The notes: generated by a model from the letters alone, not told the origin. 64,000 nt of DNA from an uncultured bacterium (GCA_963825135.1 CAWGRW010000009.1:608001-672000); one strand, 5' to 3'; shown: positions 32,302-42,890, numbered from the stretch's first letter. Translations and numbers: made by a program.

Positions 32302-32449
32302 GCCGATCCTTCCTTTATTTAAGATTTGATACAATACTACATAATGATAACCGACGGATTTTGCGTATGCTATCGGAGATATATTTATGTCATAGCACAA
32401 ATTATTGAGTAAAGTTTAAACAGAAAATCGAAAAACGGGGGATTTCGAT

Positions 32450-32944
32450 ATGAGACCGAAAGCGGCGGCAATCGCGGGCGTGTTCTTTATACTGATTTCA
32501 TTTCCATACAGCAGGGCGGACGAGCTCAATAATTCTTTCCCCGAAAAATGCGCCGGGACGGGGTTCGAATACAGGGGCGGCGGCATAGTTCTAAATTCCG
32601 ATTCTCAAAATTCCCAGAGCCTATACCTCCTGAACAACATATCCGAAAACGAATACTGGATTACGCACCCGGTTAAGAACCCCGGGGCGAGCGCCGGGTG
32701 GACGTCCGACATCAACCCCGGCAGCTGGTCCGCGTTTGCCGTGAACACTCCGGGCTTTGAATTGACATGCGTGAAAGAGGGCCGGAGCTCGAATGAAGCC
32801 CTTTCCTGCGAGAAGGTCCTCAGGGTTTGCAGGATATCGAATCCCGTATTCAAGCCGGGCACGGGCGGGAGTTACTGGGTTTCAGAAGACAAGGCTCTCG
32901 AAGCGGTGCTCGCTGAGATCAAAAGCCGGGGGATAAGCTTCTGA
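32450..32944 (+). CDS. Secreted protein resembling Legionella/Coxiella EnhB
   Basis: Signal peptide; FP..C...GF.Y, PGASAGW.S.I.PG.WSA and YWVSE pattern recalled for EnhB-like proteins. Confidence 0.55.
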   Translation: MRPKAAAIAGVFFILISFPYSRADELNNSFPEKCAGTGFEYRGGGIVLNSDSQNSQSLYLLNNISENEYWITHPVKNPGASAGWTSDINPGSWSAFAVNTPGFELTCVKEGRSSNEALSCEKVLRVCRISNPVFKPGTGGSYWVSEDKALEAVLAEIKSRGISF

Positions 32945-32957
32945 CAATCGAAACAGG

Positions 32958-34265
32958 TTATTTCGCGATACCCCTGTAAGACAGGTCGAGGAGCTCGACC
33001 GGATGGGCGGTTTTGATGTCGAGCCCGTGCTGCTTTATCCCCTTTCCTATCTGGAGCAGGCATCCGGGGTTTCCCGCCACGAGGTAATCGGCGCCTGTCT
33101 CTTTCAGATGACTCAGCTTCCGCTCCAAAAGTTTGAGCGACATCCCGGGCTCGACCATGTTGTATATGCCGGCGCTCCCGCAGCAGAGCTCCGCCTCGGG
33201 AAGCTCCGTGAAACGAATGCCGGGTATCTGCCTGAGGACTTCCCTCGGCTGGTCTTTTATCCTTTGCGCGTGCCCGAGATGGCAGGCGTCCTGATATGTA
33301 ATTTTTAAATCGAGCTCTTTTAACTCCCCGGCGAGCCCTATGTCCCCGAGGAATTCCATGACGTCCCTGGTCTTGCCGCTCACATTTCGCGCGCGGTCCG
33401 CAAAAACCGGGTCGTCCGCCAAAAGCTCCCCGTATTCCTTCATAGTCGAGCCGCACCCCGCCGAATTTACGATTATTGCGTCGACATCCAGGCCCTCGAA
33501 GCTCCTGATAAGAACCCTCGCGAAGTCCCTCCCCTCGGAGAGCCTCCCCGAGTGCACCGAAAGCGCGCCGCAGCATCCCTGATTCCGGGGAACTAACACC
33601 TCGCACCCGTTCTCCGCCAATACCCTGACGGTCGCCTCGTTAGTCCTCGAAAAGAAAACACTCTGCACGCAGCCCGTGAGGAGAGCGACGCGGTAGCGTC
33701 TCTTGCCCCTGGCGGGGACCGCATCGGGAAGCGCTCCGGGGACGGTCGGGGAATCCACCTCGGGGAGCATCTCCTCCATCTGCGCGAGGCCCGGGGATAT
33801 CGCCCTCAGCACCCCCGAGGACCCGACCAGCTTTCTGATGCCGAGTTTCCGGTATAAATAGAAGAGCGGAAGGAGGAGCCTGAGCCTCCTCGGATACGGG
33901 AACAGGGAGAAGATAATAGAGCGGTGAAGCCTCTCGAAGAACGGTCTCTCGAACCGCCTTTCGATCTGGGACCTCCCCGCCTCGATGAGCCTCCCGTACT
34001 GCACCCCCGACGGACACGCGGGCTCGCACGCTAGGCACCCGAGACACATATCGAGATGCTTTACGAGTGAGCCCCCCATCGGAATCTTCCCCTCCGAAGC
34101 GGACTTCATGAGATAGATCCTCCCCCTCGGGGAGTCGAGCTCGTTTCCGGTCACCCGGTAGGTCGGGCACGCGGAGAGACAGAAGCCGCAGTGAACGCAG
34201 TCCTCTATAAGCCCGGCGTCTGGCCTGTCCACGGAATCGAAAGCGTCGTAGGCCCTTTCCTTCAT
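32958..34265 (-). CDS. glcF: Glycolate oxidase iron-sulfur subunit
   Basis: CVHCGFCLSACPTY, CLGCLACEPACPSGV, two CCG domains. Confidence 0.92.
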   Translation of the reverse strand: MKERAYDAFDSVDRPDAGLIEDCVHCGFCLSACPTYRVTGNELDSPRGRIYLMKSASEGKIPMGGSLVKHLDMCLGCLACEPACPSGVQYGRLIEAGRSQIERRFERPFFERLHRSIIFSLFPYPRRLRLLLPLFYLYRKLGIRKLVGSSGVLRAISPGLAQMEEMLPEVDSPTVPGALPDAVPARGKRRYRVALLTGCVQSVFFSRTNEATVRVLAENGCEVLVPRNQGCCGALSVHSGRLSEGRDFARVLIRSFEGLDVDAIIVNSAGCGSTMKEYGELLADDPVFADRARNVSGKTRDVMEFLGDIGLAGELKELDLKITYQDACHLGHAQRIKDQPREVLRQIPGIRFTELPEAELCCGSAGIYNMVEPGMSLKLLERKLSHLKETGADYLVAGNPGCLLQIGKGIKQHGLDIKTAHPVELLDLSYRGIAK

Positions 34266-34274
34266 ACTAAATGT

Positions 34275-35045
34275 TTAGCCTTTTATTATTGTGAAATCAA
34301 GGGTCGTATACGGGGAGAGCTCGAGGCTCCGTCTCAAGTCTTCGTCGTCCGAATAGGATTTCCTCCCGAGCTTCCGCGCCTCGACCTTTAATTCCAATCG
34401 AGGGCCGGAAAAAGGATAAGGAGAAATAGCGTATTTAAATCCGTCTTCGGATTCGAGAGAAAGCCTTAACGTATTGCCCTCATAGTCGAGCGGGACGTCG
34501 GCGATCTCCATGGACTCCCAGCCGTGACAGAGGGCGAGGGATATTATGTCTCCGACCTGAAGCAGCCTGAGATTTATTCGTACGTCCCGGGGAACGCGGC
34601 CGAGCTTCGAGTCCCCGGCGCTTATGCCGAGCCTGTCCGAGATAAAACGAAAGATATCCGGATCGAGCGATTTCGCGTGCGCGTCCGAAGGGTCTCTGGT
34701 CAATAGCTTCCTGTTGAACCTCGCAAAATGAAGCGCGATGAGGGCCGAGGCATACGGATGCTCTTCCCGGTATGATTCAAAAGACCTCCTCCATATACCG
34801 GTCTGGTCAGAGGACTCCATCTCCATAAAATTCGAGGGATAGCCGTTTTCAGGATTTATTTTAGGAGCCCCATCCCAGTCTTTCCACCCGCAGTCGTGTT
34901 CCCTGACCGCGAAAAGCACCTCGTGAAGCGGCGAGGGGCCGGCGAACATTTCGTTGCCCCAATGCTCCATTATCCTCCCCGCAAGGACCGCGTGGTCATA
35001 CTGTGTGATGAGCGTGAACCCGTCGTTGTCGTCTCTTCGAATCAT
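34275..35045 (-). CDS. DUF3891 family protein
   Basis: LITQYDHAVLAG, HDCGW, YASALIALH, DIISLALC. Confidence 0.75.
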   Translation of the reverse strand: MIRRDDNDGFTLITQYDHAVLAGRIMEHWGNEMFAGPSPLHEVLFAVREHDCGWKDWDGAPKINPENGYPSNFMEMESSDQTGIWRRSFESYREEHPYASALIALHFARFNRKLLTRDPSDAHAKSLDPDIFRFISDRLGISAGDSKLGRVPRDVRINLRLLQVGDIISLALCHGWESMEIADVPLDYEGNTLRLSLESEDGFKYAISPYPFSGPRLELKVEARKLGRKSYSDDEDLRRSLELSPYTTLDFTIIKG

Positions 35046-35139
35046 CGACTTCCCAAGGCTTCAGGGAATAAGGTAAAAAAACGGGATTAGCCTAACCAAG
35101 CGGAGGGCGGAGCGCAAGGTATCGCGGCCGGATTTTATT

Positions 35140-36471
35140 TTAGAAGAGCCTGCCCGGATTGAGTATGTTCAAGGGATCGAACCCCGATTTTATCCTTTTC
35201 ATCAGGCCGAGCGAGGAGCCGATGCCGCCCCAGGCGTCCACTTGGGCTTTAACCTCGGGGGACGCCTCCGATACCGCGAGGCTCCCGCCAGCCGATTCGG
35301 AGAATTCCCTCAGCTTTTTCACTGCGTCAACGACGTGCTCCTTATCACCGCTTATCGAAATTATCACGACCCCGTTTGCCGCCCTCGCCGACGCACGAGC
35401 GGCGAGGGCCCCCGCGCGCGATAAATCCTCGAGCGTCAGGAATAAACGCGGGACGTCGGAGATGAGCACGCCCGCCTTTAGGACCGCGCCCGGGGATGCC
35501 GCCCGCCTCCATGGAAATTCCCTTACTTCGTCCCAGAAGGCATCCTCTTTCCCGCCTTCCAGCACCGCGCCCTGCCCTCCGCTCCCGGAAAAAATATCCG
35601 CAACCGTCTTTATCTGGTCCTCCACGGCCCGCGCCACGTTCATTATCCTCACGGCGAGCGTGTAGCCCCTTTGGCTCATGGCGACGCCCGCCCGCCCGGA
35701 TATATCGTCCGCAAGACCCGGGGTCAGGTGCTCGAGAGCCGTAATCACCAGATTGGAGTCGATGAGGGATTTAACCGTATCGTGGGCCTTATCGAGGGAT
35801 TCGAAACCTGCTAAATATGTCCTGGACAGCTCGGGGACGGGGTAGAGCCTGAAAGTCGCTTCCGCGATAATTCCGAGCGTGCCGAGGGACCCGACGAAGA
35901 GCTTGGGCATGTCGTACCCGGCGACGTTTTTTACGACCTTCGAGCCGCCCTTAAATACGCTCCCGTCCGCCCGCACCACCTTCATGCCGATAAGGAGCTC
36001 CCTCGAGGTCCCGTACCTGAGCCTCATGGGGCCGCTGTCGTTTGTGGCGATGATGCCTCCTATCGTGGCTCCGTCGCGCGCATGGGGCGGATCGACCGGC
36101 AGGAACTGATTCTCAAACGCGAGCTGCGTCTGGAATTCGGCGAGTGTAATTCCGCACTCCGCCGTTACCACGAGATCGGCCGAATCGTGCTTGATAACAC
36201 GGTTGAGCCTCTTGGTCGAAACGACGATATCCGCGCGGCCGGGCCTGTTCCCCAGGCCGCTCTTCGTTCCCGAGCCCCGGGGTATTACCGCGAGGCGATC
36301 GCGCGCCGCCGCCTTCATGATTTCAGATATCTGCTCTATGTTTTCAGGGAAGAGTACGATAGCCGGTTTGACGCCGTCCACGGAGGACGGTTCGAGGAGG
36401 CGTGAGTCCTCGATCGCGTTTTCCTTACCGACAATGCTTACCAGATGATTCAATGCGGCGGACTGAGACAT
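35140..36471 (-). CDS. glcE: Glycolate oxidase FAD-binding subunit
   Basis: GGSKVVKNVAGYDMPKLFVGSLGTLG, FDPLNILNPG. Confidence 0.9.
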   Translation of the reverse strand: MSQSAALNHLVSIVGKENAIEDSRLLEPSSVDGVKPAIVLFPENIEQISEIMKAAARDRLAVIPRGSGTKSGLGNRPGRADIVVSTKRLNRVIKHDSADLVVTAECGITLAEFQTQLAFENQFLPVDPPHARDGATIGGIIATNDSGPMRLRYGTSRELLIGMKVVRADGSVFKGGSKVVKNVAGYDMPKLFVGSLGTLGIIAEATFRLYPVPELSRTYLAGFESLDKAHDTVKSLIDSNLVITALEHLTPGLADDISGRAGVAMSQRGYTLAVRIMNVARAVEDQIKTVADIFSGSGGQGAVLEGGKEDAFWDEVREFPWRRAASPGAVLKAGVLISDVPRLFLTLEDLSRAGALAARASARAANGVVIISISGDKEHVVDAVKKLREFSESAGGSLAVSEASPEVKAQVDAWGGIGSSLGLMKRIKSGFDPLNILNPGRLF

Positions 36472-36530
36472 GTTTCGTTAGTTACCGTCGGAAAATTTTT
36501 CACTGACACGTTTAACGAATACGGCGGGGC

Positions 36531-38027
36531 CTAATACATCTCGCCCAGACCCGCCTTCTCCAGCGGGTGCTCTTCGTACCGCTTCATCCCCTGCTCGACG
36601 CATGTCCTGGGCGTGGGGAATACCTTGCCGGGGTTGCAGAGCCCTTTGTGATCGAACGCGCACCTGACGAGGTTCATGGTCTCGAGATCGTTTTCATCGA
36701 ACATGAGCGAGAGGAACCTCTTTTTATCCCGTCCCACGCCGTGCTCTCCCGTGATGCTCCCGCCGGAATCCACGCAGACCCCCAGTATCTCGCCCGCAAG
36801 CTCGAGCGCCTTCTCCGACTCGCCCTCTATTTGCGAATTATAGAGCACGAGCGGGTGCAGGTTCCCGTCGCCGGCGTGAAAAACGTTCCCGACCCTGAGT
36901 CCGTACTCCCTGCCGAGCTCCCCTATCCTTCCCAGCACCTCCGCGAGCTTGCTCCTCGGTATGACCCCGTCCTGGACGTAGTAATCCGGGCTCACTCTGC
37001 CCATCGCCGGAAACGCGTTCTTTCTCCCCTTCCAGAAGAGGTCCCTTTCCTTCGTGTCCCTGGCTATCCTTATCTCGAGCGCGTGATTCGATCTCAGCAC
37101 CTCCTCGACGATAGGCATCTGGGCCCCGACCTCGGCCGCGGGCCCGTCGAGCTCGACCAGCAGTATCGAACCCGCGTCCACGGGGTATCCCGCGTGAACG
37201 GCCTCCTCCACCGAGCGGATGCAGAGGTTATCCATTATCTCCATTCCGGCCGGTATCACTCCCCTCGCCGTTATACCCGAAACAGAGGCCCCTGCGTCCT
37301 CTATCCTGTCGAAGGAGGCGAGAAGCGCCTTTACCGTCTCCGGTTTTTTTATTATCCTGAGAGTCACTCTCGTTACGATTCCCAAAAGTCCTTCCGAGCC
37401 GACCATGAGCCCCGTGAGGTCGTAGCCCGGATGGTCGAGGGCTTTCCCCCCTATTTGTATCACCTCTCCGTCCGGAAGAACGACTTCGAGCCCGAGGACG
37501 TGGTTCGTGGTTACTCCGTATTTAAGGCAGTGCACCCCGCCAGAGTTCTCGGCGACGTTCCCGCCTATGGTGCAGGCTATCTGGCTCGAAGGGTCGGGGG
37601 CGTAGTAGTATCCGAAAGCGCTGACCGCGTTCGTAACGGACAGGTTGGTCACGCCGGGCTCGACCACGACCCGCTCGTTCGGTATATCGACCTCGATTAT
37701 CCTGTTCATTCGGGCAAGCGATATTACTATGCCTTCTTCAGTGGGCAGCGCGCCTCCCGAAAGCCCGGTCCCCGCCCCCCGCGGAACAAACGGGACGCCC
37801 TCTTCGTAACACATCCTGATAACACGGGATACTTCCTCCGAAGTCTCCGGCAAGACCACAAAAACAGGAATGATCCTGTATCCGGTCAGGGCGTCCGAGT
37901 CATAGGCTATGAGCTCATCGGCGGCGTAAATGACTCCGCCTCGCCCGAGTATTCCCGAAAGCCTGTCCCCGAAGTCCCTTTTCCATTCGGGCGATCCGTG
38001 TCCCGATCCCTTTATCGATGATTGCAT
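36531..38027 (-). CDS. glcD: Glycolate oxidase FAD-linked subunit
   Basis: PRGAGTGLSGG, APDPSSQIAC, HAGDGNLHP, GEHGVG. Confidence 0.93.
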   Translation of the reverse strand: MQSSIKGSGHGSPEWKRDFGDRLSGILGRGGVIYAADELIAYDSDALTGYRIIPVFVVLPETSEEVSRVIRMCYEEGVPFVPRGAGTGLSGGALPTEEGIVISLARMNRIIEVDIPNERVVVEPGVTNLSVTNAVSAFGYYYAPDPSSQIACTIGGNVAENSGGVHCLKYGVTTNHVLGLEVVLPDGEVIQIGGKALDHPGYDLTGLMVGSEGLLGIVTRVTLRIIKKPETVKALLASFDRIEDAGASVSGITARGVIPAGMEIMDNLCIRSVEEAVHAGYPVDAGSILLVELDGPAAEVGAQMPIVEEVLRSNHALEIRIARDTKERDLFWKGRKNAFPAMGRVSPDYYVQDGVIPRSKLAEVLGRIGELGREYGLRVGNVFHAGDGNLHPLVLYNSQIEGESEKALELAGEILGVCVDSGGSITGEHGVGRDKKRFLSLMFDENDLETMNLVRCAFDHKGLCNPGKVFPTPRTCVEQGMKRYEEHPLEKAGLGEMY

Positions 38028-38174
38028 ATTGTTATTTGTTCGGGAATCATTATATCATTGTTAGCCGCCTAGACCAATTTCAGACTATTGCCCGGAGAGC
38101 GGGGCGTTTGCTTGACATTCCCTCTATAGACGGTAAATTGATTTGCTTAACTCTAATAGTTAGAGGCAGATAAA

Positions 38175-38603
38175 ATGAAGACTTTTATGGCGAGAAGCGA
38201 AGACTTCGAGAAGAAGTGGTTTTTAATCGACGGGGAAGGAAAAACTTTGGGGAGAGTGTCTACAAAAATAGCCAGGATACTGAGAGGCAAGGAAAAGGCT
38301 CAATTCACCCCGCACGCCGACATAGGGGATTTTGTAATAGTCATCAACGCCGAGAAGTTGAAATTCACGGGCAAGAAGCTCGAAAACAAGAGATATTACT
38401 GGCATACGGGGCACCCGGGCGGGATCAAGTCTATAGCCGCCGAGGACCTTTCCAAAAGAAAGCCTAGAGAAATATTGAAAAAAGCTGTCTGGGGCATGCT
38501 CCCTAAGAACAGGTGGCAGAAAACACTCATAACGAGATTGAAGATCTACACCGGAAACGAGCATCCGCATTCGCCGCAGAAGCCCGAATCCCTGGAGGTA
38601 TAG
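38175..38603 (+). CDS. rplM: 50S ribosomal protein L13
   Basis: GDFVIVINAEK, HTGHPGG, AVWGMLPKN. Confidence 0.98.
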   Translation: MKTFMARSEDFEKKWFLIDGEGKTLGRVSTKIARILRGKEKAQFTPHADIGDFVIVINAEKLKFTGKKLENKRYYWHTGHPGGIKSIAAEDLSKRKPREILKKAVWGMLPKNRWQKTLITRLKIYTGNEHPHSPQKPESLEV

Positions 38604-38612
38604 TAGATAAAT

Positions 38613-39005
38613 ATGGCTGAAGTTAACTATTACGGAACCGGAAGAAGAAAAACATCGGTCGCCCGGGTTTGGCTCAGGACAGGCGACGGAAAGATAACGA
38701 TAAACGGCCGCGAAGCGGAAGAGTACTTCCCGCGCGAGTACTGGAAGGTACACGCGCTGGGACCGCTGGTCACGACGCAATCCACCGGAAAGTTCAACGT
38801 CATCGTCGACGTCAAGGGCGGAGGCCTTACAGGCCAGGCGGGCGCTGTAAGGCACGGCATCGCGAGGGCCCTTCTCCAGGTGGACGACGCCAACAGAAAG
38901 CCGCTCAAGACGGCGGGCCATCTCAGCAGAGACTCGAGAATGGTCGAAAGGAAGAAGTACGGACTCAAGAAAGCGAGACGCGGACAGCAGTTCTCGAAGA
39001 GGTAA
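38613..39005 (+). CDS. rpsI: 30S ribosomal protein S9
   Basis: [28 protein letters not shown]...QFSKR. Confidence 0.99.
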   Translation: MAEVNYYGTGRRKTSVARVWLRTGDGKITINGREAEEYFPREYWKVHALGPLVTTQSTGKFNVIVDVKGGGLTGQAGAVRHGIARALLQVDDANRKPLKTAGHLSRDSRMVERKKYGLKKARRGQQFSKR

Positions 39006-39013
39006 TACTCACC

Positions 39014-40366
39014 TTGCCTGATACCGGGAAAAAGAAGTCGGCTTCAAAAAAACATAGGAAGATAGCTCCGCCCGAAGGCAGGCTGGGGGTTTTGATCCCC
39101 GGCATAGGCGGCGCCGTGAGCACCACGTTCATAGCCGGCGTCGAGGCCATAAAGAGGGGGCTCGGCAAACCTATAGGCTCTCTCACCCAGCTGGGAAGGA
39201 TAAGGCTCGGCAAGAGGACGGAGAAGAAGTCCCCGCTCATCAAAGAATTCATACCGCTCGCGGAGCTCAAGGACATAGTATTCGCGGGATGGGACATATT
39301 CCCGGACAATTGTTACGAGGCCGCCATAAAAGCAGGCGTGCTCGAAAAAAACCTTGTCGACGAATTAAAAGCCCCGCTCCAGAAATTAAAACCGATGCCC
39401 GCGGTATTCAGCAGGAAATACGTCAAGAACCTAAACGGCAAGCACCTGAAAACGGGCAAGACCAAGATGGACCTTGCCGAGAAGCTCATCGAGGACATCA
39501 AGAGGTTCAAAAAGGAAAGCGGGGTATCGCGGCTGGTAATGGTGTGGTGCGGAAGCACGGAGGTCTTTATCAGGCCGACCGCGGTGCACGCCACCATGGC
39601 CTCGCTCGAAAAGGGCATGAGGGAAAACCACCCGGACATCGCGCCCAGCATGCTCTACGCTTACGCGGCGCTCAAGTGCGGAGTGCCCTACGCCAACGGC
39701 GCTCCCAACCTGTCGGTCGATATACCGGCGCTCAACGACCTTGCCAAGAAAAAGAACGTCCCTATAGCGGGAAAGGATTTCAAGACCGGGCAGACCCTGA
39801 TGAAGACTATTCTCGCTCCCGGGCTCAAGAGCAGGATGATCGGTCTCAGCGGCTGGTTCTCGACCAACATACTCGGGAACAGGGACGGCGAAGTGCTCGA
39901 CGACCCGTACTCCTTTAAAACCAAGGAGGAAAGCAAGCTCGGCGTCCTCGAATACATGTTCCAGCCCGAGCTCCACCCGGACCTTTATTCGAACTACTAC
40001 CATAAGGTCAGGATAAATTATTATCCGCCGAGAGGAGACGCCAAGGAAGCCTGGGACAATATCGATATCTTCGGCTGGCTCGGCTACCCGATGCAGATCA
40101 AGGTCAACTTCCTCTGCCGGGACAGCATACTGGCCGCACCCATAGTGCTCGACCTCGTGCTGTTCCTCGACCTCGCGAAGAGGGCCGGTTTCGACGGAAT
40201 TCAGGAATGGCTGTCCTTTTACTTCAAGAGCCCGATGTACGGAAAGGGGCTATACCCCGAGCACGACCTCTTTATCCAGCTCATGAAGTTGAAGAACACG
40301 CTCCGCTACATGAAGGGCGAGGAGCTTATAACGCACCTCGGCCTCGATTATTACAACCTGATGTAA
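39014..40366 (+). CDS. ino1: Myo-inositol-1-phosphate synthase
   Basis: GWDIF, WCGSTE, GKDFKTGQT, NILGNRDG, DSILAAPIVLDL; TTG start at 39014. Confidence 0.92.
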   Translation: MPDTGKKKSASKKHRKIAPPEGRLGVLIPGIGGAVSTTFIAGVEAIKRGLGKPIGSLTQLGRIRLGKRTEKKSPLIKEFIPLAELKDIVFAGWDIFPDNCYEAAIKAGVLEKNLVDELKAPLQKLKPMPAVFSRKYVKNLNGKHLKTGKTKMDLAEKLIEDIKRFKKESGVSRLVMVWCGSTEVFIRPTAVHATMASLEKGMRENHPDIAPSMLYAYAALKCGVPYANGAPNLSVDIPALNDLAKKKNVPIAGKDFKTGQTLMKTILAPGLKSRMIGLSGWFSTNILGNRDGEVLDDPYSFKTKEESKLGVLEYMFQPELHPDLYSNYYHKVRINYYPPRGDAKEAWDNIDIFGWLGYPMQIKVNFLCRDSILAAPIVLDLVLFLDLAKRAGFDGIQEWLSFYFKSPMYGKGLYPEHDLFIQLMKLKNTLRYMKGEELITHLGLDYYNLM

Positions 40367-40428
40367 TATCCGTATCCGCTTAAGCAATCACGATTTATCA
40401 GATGGAATATAGACGGTATAGGTTTATG

Positions 40429-41310
40429 TTATGCCTGCGTGCTTATGGCAAGCCATTTGCGCGTTATGTAGAGGTTCCCTTTCTGGTCCCTGTTTCCGTG
40501 CTGCTCGAGCGCCGGCTGGACGGCCTCTTTCATCGCCTCGACGGCCGCGTCGACCGGGTATCCGCGCAAGGCCCCCGCCGCATATTGCTGGAAGGAGCTT
40601 ATGTACTCCCAGGCTTCTCTCCGCATGTCGACCGCGTATTCCTTGACCTCGACGAGCTTGAAGCCCGCTTCCTTCACCAGCTGCTCGTAATACGACCTGG
40701 GGAGGAATTTCGAAGCCTCGGTCCTGGTATCGTCTCTTAGTCTGCTTATGCCGCGGTCCCTGAGATACTGAACCGCGTTCTTGACCTGCGTGCGGTAAAA
40801 ACCCAGCGTTTCCGCGGGCCGCGCCTCTTCGTAGAAAGCCGTGTTGAAGAAGAACAGGCCTCCCGGCTTAAGCGCTTGTTTTATTCTCTTGATGCTGTCG
40901 AGCTGTTCCTGCTCCGAGAGGTAGTGGATACCGTTCCCCCAGACGGCGACATCGATGCTCGCGTCGGGAATCTTCATATCCTCCACGGAGGAATGCACCA
41001 GCTTTAATCTTTCTACGGTTTTCTCGAGTTTCGATTGAGCTAATTTGAGGGCCTCTCCCGACTGGTCGAGGCACATGACCGCGGCTTTCTTCCAGCTTCC
41101 GGGAAGCTGGTCGAATACGAGCTGCACCATCGTACCCGCGCCCGTCGCTACGTCGAGAATCGCCTCTATGCCGCTTAGACCCTTACGGCGCATGATCTCG
41201 ATCCATCCGTGAATACAGGCCTCGTTTACCTCTCTGTACTCCTCCGTATCGGCAAACGGCTCATAGTCGTATTTTTCCTTGATCTCTTCCATTATCAGCC
41301 TCTGTATCAA
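40429..41310 (-). CDS. Class I SAM-dependent methyltransferase
   Basis: LDVATGAG motif I, LKPGG. Confidence 0.88.
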   Translation of the reverse strand: MIQRLIMEEIKEKYDYEPFADTEEYREVNEACIHGWIEIMRRKGLSGIEAILDVATGAGTMVQLVFDQLPGSWKKAAVMCLDQSGEALKLAQSKLEKTVERLKLVHSSVEDMKIPDASIDVAVWGNGIHYLSEQEQLDSIKRIKQALKPGGLFFFNTAFYEEARPAETLGFYRTQVKNAVQYLRDRGISRLRDDTRTEASKFLPRSYYEQLVKEAGFKLVEVKEYAVDMRREAWEYISSFQQYAAGALRGYPVDAAVEAMKEAVQPALEQHGNRDQKGNLYITRKWLAISTQA

Positions 41311-41406
41311 CTATCACCCCATATTAATTTAGTGTATAAGTCAAAAGCGGAGTATAACATGATTACAGGCAAAAACAAAACGCCCCGGGAGCGGCAAACA
41401 CCTTAA

Positions 41407-42048
41407 TTATACACCCCTCCTGTCGCCCCATATAATCTTGTGGAGCTGGGGAAGCACCCTCACCTGCTTGAGATTTTCATCCAGCACCCTCTCCGTTATC
41501 CAGCCGAGCCCCAGGCCGCCTGCAGGCTGGAAAATTATGTTCGCCGCAATCGAATACTTCGACAGGATTTTCTTTGCGTACTCGTAATCCGCCTCGTCCG
41601 CGATCACGAACTTCAGCTGGTCCCGGGGGCGGAGCTTCTCGAAAAGCCCGAAATCCATCCTCCCCTGCATGCCCGAGCCCGGGCACTTGCAGTCCATGCT
41701 TATTACGCAGTTATCAGTCCAGAATACGGGCGGCGGCATTTTGTGGCCGCTCGTCTCGAGCACTATTCCATATCCGTCCTTAATGAGCTCTCCCGCCAGC
41801 TCCCCGGCTTCGTCCTTCTGGATCAGCGGCTCGCCTCCCGTAATGCATACCCTTTTGCAGCCGAACTCCTCAATCCCGGCGCGGACCTCGCCGACCGTCA
41901 TCTTTTTGAAGTCCCTGCCCTCGACCGCGTACATCGTATCGCACCAGGAGCACCTGAGGTCGCAGGCGAAGAGCCTTACGAACACGGTGGGAAGCCCGAT
42001 TTCCACCCCCTCCCCCTGAATGGAATAGAAGATCTCGCTTATGTTCAT
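41407..42048 (-). CDS. queE: 7-carboxy-7-deazaguanine synthase
   Basis: EIFYSIQGEG, CDLRCSWCDT, TGGEP, PQLHK. Confidence 0.95.
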   Translation of the reverse strand: MNISEIFYSIQGEGVEIGLPTVFVRLFACDLRCSWCDTMYAVEGRDFKKMTVGEVRAGIEEFGCKRVCITGGEPLIQKDEAGELAGELIKDGYGIVLETSGHKMPPPVFWTDNCVISMDCKCPGSGMQGRMDFGLFEKLRPRDQLKFVIADEADYEYAKKILSKYSIAANIIFQPAGGLGLGWITERVLDENLKQVRVLPQLHKIIWGDRRGV

Positions 42049-42719
42049 CTCTCATACACCGTAGGGTCGGGAACTCCGGCGTCGATAAAGGCCCTCTTTC
42101 TCTCCCTGCAGGAGCTGCACGCCCCGCAGTGCGCGTCCCCTCCCTTGTAACAGCTCCAGGTCTCGCCGAACGGCACTCCCAGCTCCGCGCCCAGCATGAC
42201 GATGTCCGCCTTATCCATGAAGACGAACGGAGCAAGGATGTTGAGATCGGGGTTGGCCGTGGCGAGCCTCTCGGATGTCTGAAATGATTCCACGAACTCC
42301 TCCCTGCAGTCGGGATAGACGCCCCTGTCGGAACTGTGAGCGCCGAAAAACACGTAGTCCGAGCCCGTGCTCACGGCGCGTCCGACGGCGATAGAGAGGA
42401 AAATCGCGTTCCTGTTGGGGACTATGGTGGTCTTGAGCGTATCGTAGTGCTCGGCTGTCTCGGGCACTTCCGGTATGTCGATATTCGCGTCGGTCAGGGC
42501 CGAGCCCGTGAGTATCCCGCCTAACGGGGAGAGGTCGATAACCCTGTGCGGGGCGCCCGCCCCGGCCGCTACCCTGCGCGCGGAATCCACTTCCCTTCCG
42601 TGCTTCTGCCCGTACATAAAGGTAAGGCACTCCGCTTCATATCCTTTTCTCAGGCAATCATAGAGGAGTGTCGAGCTGTCTATACCCCCCGATAATATGA
42701 TAACGGCGTTCTTATTCAT
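42045..42719 (-). CDS. queC: 7-cyano-7-deazaguanine synthase
   Basis: SGGIDS, VPNRN, YPDCR, TWSCY...CGACSSC. Confidence 0.97.
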   Translation of the reverse strand: MNKNAVIILSGGIDSSTLLYDCLRKGYEAECLTFMYGQKHGREVDSARRVAAGAGAPHRVIDLSPLGGILTGSALTDANIDIPEVPETAEHYDTLKTTIVPNRNAIFLSIAVGRAVSTGSDYVFFGAHSSDRGVYPDCREEFVESFQTSERLATANPDLNILAPFVFMDKADIVMLGAELGVPFGETWSCYKGGDAHCGACSSCRERKRAFIDAGVPDPTVYER

Positions 42720-42890
42720 TCTATCAATACTATATATAAATATAACGGGAACAAGAAAGTCCCCGAAATCGGGCTGCGGAGCGCCGCCTGTGCGTCCAGT
42801 TGCATGGAACCGAGTTTAATTTATTATTATTGGGTTAATTCGAGAGCTGCCGAAAAACAAGGTCCCGGATAAAGGCCCCGAATCCGCCAT

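Noticed and set aside
36567..38021. Long antisense ORFs (also 43812-44864, 47718-48728, 28701-29603)
   Set aside because: Shadow ORFs opposite well-supported genes in GC-rich DNA, with no recognisable motifs.
38669..39013. 565-aa ORF overlapping rpsI
   Set aside because: The upstream part is an alternate frame of rpsI; the real ino1 starts near 39014.
41407..42719. queC/queE as a Dpd or QatC defence system
   Set aside because: Canonical sequences with host-like composition and no dpd or qat genes nearby; ordinary queuosine synthesis.
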